From a virus (lineage: Duplodnaviria > Caudoviricetes), in the IMG/VR virus record IMGVR_UViG_3300025250_000043, positions 5,115 through 69,114 of that record: DNA of 64,000 bases; one strand, 5' to 3'. Made by a program: the position numbers and the translations under genes. Shown here piece by piece: positions 62,790 to 64,000 of this stretch. Position 1 is the first letter of the stretch. The number at the start of each line of letters is the position of its first letter. The notes under the pieces are model-generated. The model had not been told where the DNA came from, did not search any database, and saw nothing but the letters and a program-made list of their open reading frames with translations.

Positions 62790-63160
62790 GTCTGAAGCTT
62801 CCCGAAAATCCGCAGTTTTCTCCTGATACTCCAACGGCTTGCGCCGGTTTCGGCGTTCGAACAACTGCGGAACGGTGGCACGTTGAGACGCGTCTCACGT
62901 CACCCCTGTGACTTTGGCCGTTCTCGTGATGTTCAGGCCACTTTCGGATGCTGCCTCTCGTCGATGGTTTTAAGGCGCGCCCTGGGTGTGGACGCATTGA
63001 CCCGCAGCAATATGAATGGAAATGTGGCGTGCCATGGCGCTGTCAGCTTCGCCGCATCGCCAAGGCAGGTGACGAAGGCGATCGTTCGAGGACGCTGCGC
63101 CGAGGTCGGCTTGCTATTGGCACCATATGGCAAACGTATCGATATCAGGGGGAATTGGTC

Positions 63161-64000
63161 ATGAGCGACAACAGGCCGGACGTTACCAAAGATTGGCAAG
63201 CGACGCAGGGCCAGAAATCTTCCGCCACGCGCCTGCGCATGTTCGCGGCGCTGGCGTGGATCATCGCCATCGGCGGCGAGATCGCCGGGATCGTTTTGTT
63301 CTACCAGCACAAGTTCGACCACGGGAACCTGCCGCTGCTGATCGGCCTCCTGGTCGGAATCGCGATTTTCGCCATCGCCGGCAACTTGCTGTGGAAGGCG
63401 GCCAACCGGCACGATCCGGCCCGCGCATCCGACACGGCCAAGTTCTTCTTCCAAAACCAGCTCGGCGCGATCATCACGCTGATCGCCTTCCTCCCGCTGG
63501 TTATCCTGATCCTCACCGACAAGAACATGGACCCGCAGACCAAGAAGGTTGCCGGCGGCATCGGCGCCGCGCTGGCCGTGATCGCGACGGTAACGGGAAT
63601 CAGCTTCAAGCCTCCATCGGTCGAGCAGTACACGCAGGACACGAACGCTTGCGCGACCCAGATAAAGTCGGGCCAGCCCACCACTGCCTGCTCGCCCGAG
63701 GTCGCCGCCCAGGCGCAGCAGATCGCCACGGACTCGGCTGCGGTGACTGCCGCGACGAAGGACGCGAGCCACCCCGCCGGTCAGGATATCGTCTACTGGA
63801 TCGCGCCCGAAAACGGCGCGGCAAAGTCGTCGGAGCCGCATGTTTTCCACCTTTGCGCGGGCGTCAGTCCGCTGAAGGACAAAACCGTCAATAGCGGCTC
63901 GGTGACGGAGGCCTACGCACAGAACGCCATCCGCATCACGAAGCAGATCGAGATGGAACAGAAGCAGTGCGGGTTCACCGCAACAACCGGCACCAACTGA
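63161..64000 (+). CDS. Host membrane protein (hypothetical)
   Basis: Four hydrophobic segments plus Cys-containing C-terminal domain; outside att. Confidence 0.8.
   Translation: MSDNRPDVTKDWQATQGQKSSATRLRMFAALAWIIAIGGEIAGIVLFYQHKFDHGNLPLLIGLLVGIAIFAIAGNLLWKAANRHDPARASDTAKFFFQNQLGAIITLIAFLPLVILILTDKNMDPQTKKVAGGIGAALAVIATVTGISFKPPSVEQYTQDTNACATQIKSGQPTTACSPEVAAQAQQIATDSAAVTAATKDASHPAGQDIVYWIAPENGAAKSSEPHVFHLCAGVSPLKDKTVNSGSVTEAYAQNAIRITKQIEMEQKQCGFTATTGTN

Overview
About 62.8 kb of this window is the right-hand part of a large temperate prophage with a contractile (P2/Mu-like) tail, integrated in a GC-rich alphaproteobacterial chromosome. A Rhizobiales/Mesorhizobium-like host is inferred from the DUF768/DUF3606/LigD cargo and the GcrA and GapR homologues. 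The prophage runs off the left edge in the tail assembly chaperone and ends on the right at a 50-bp 3' remnant of tRNA-Pro(CGG) (62740-62789), just after a tyrosine integrase; one host membrane-protein gene follows. Layout: tail, baseplate and head genes (minus strand, 1-20.2 kb); a plus-strand replication/early block (20.4-32.1 kb); a stress-type accessory island (32.1-39.9 kb); lysis, portal and terminase genes (minus, 40-47 kb); amidoligase, ParB and GGCT genes (47-52 kb); ssb/DnaA-C/GapR (minus); cI; and a recombination-integration operon. Main points of interest: (1) a head morphogenesis (MuF) protein fused to an R-S-E ADP-ribosyltransferase, followed by a small ORF and a convergent, separately promoted ADP-ribosylglycohydrolase (candidate virion-delivered writer/eraser system); (2) a genome-wide cis-regulatory code: about 20 exact copies of CCTACCAC, mostly directly in front of Shine-Dalgarno sequences of non-structural genes, at least 15 copies of an 18-bp palindrome YRACAA-N6-TTGTYR, and a second palindrome GGCCTA-N4-TAGGCC over -10 boxes; (3) an initiator tRNA-Met with an altered anticodon arm inside the head operon; (4) a proteasome-beta-like Ntn peptidase next to the capsid gene; (5) amidoligase and gamma-glutamylcyclotransferase operons, each with its own XRE regulator and operator pair. 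All protein calls come from motif recognition by eye; no database searches were run, and motif counts are manual.
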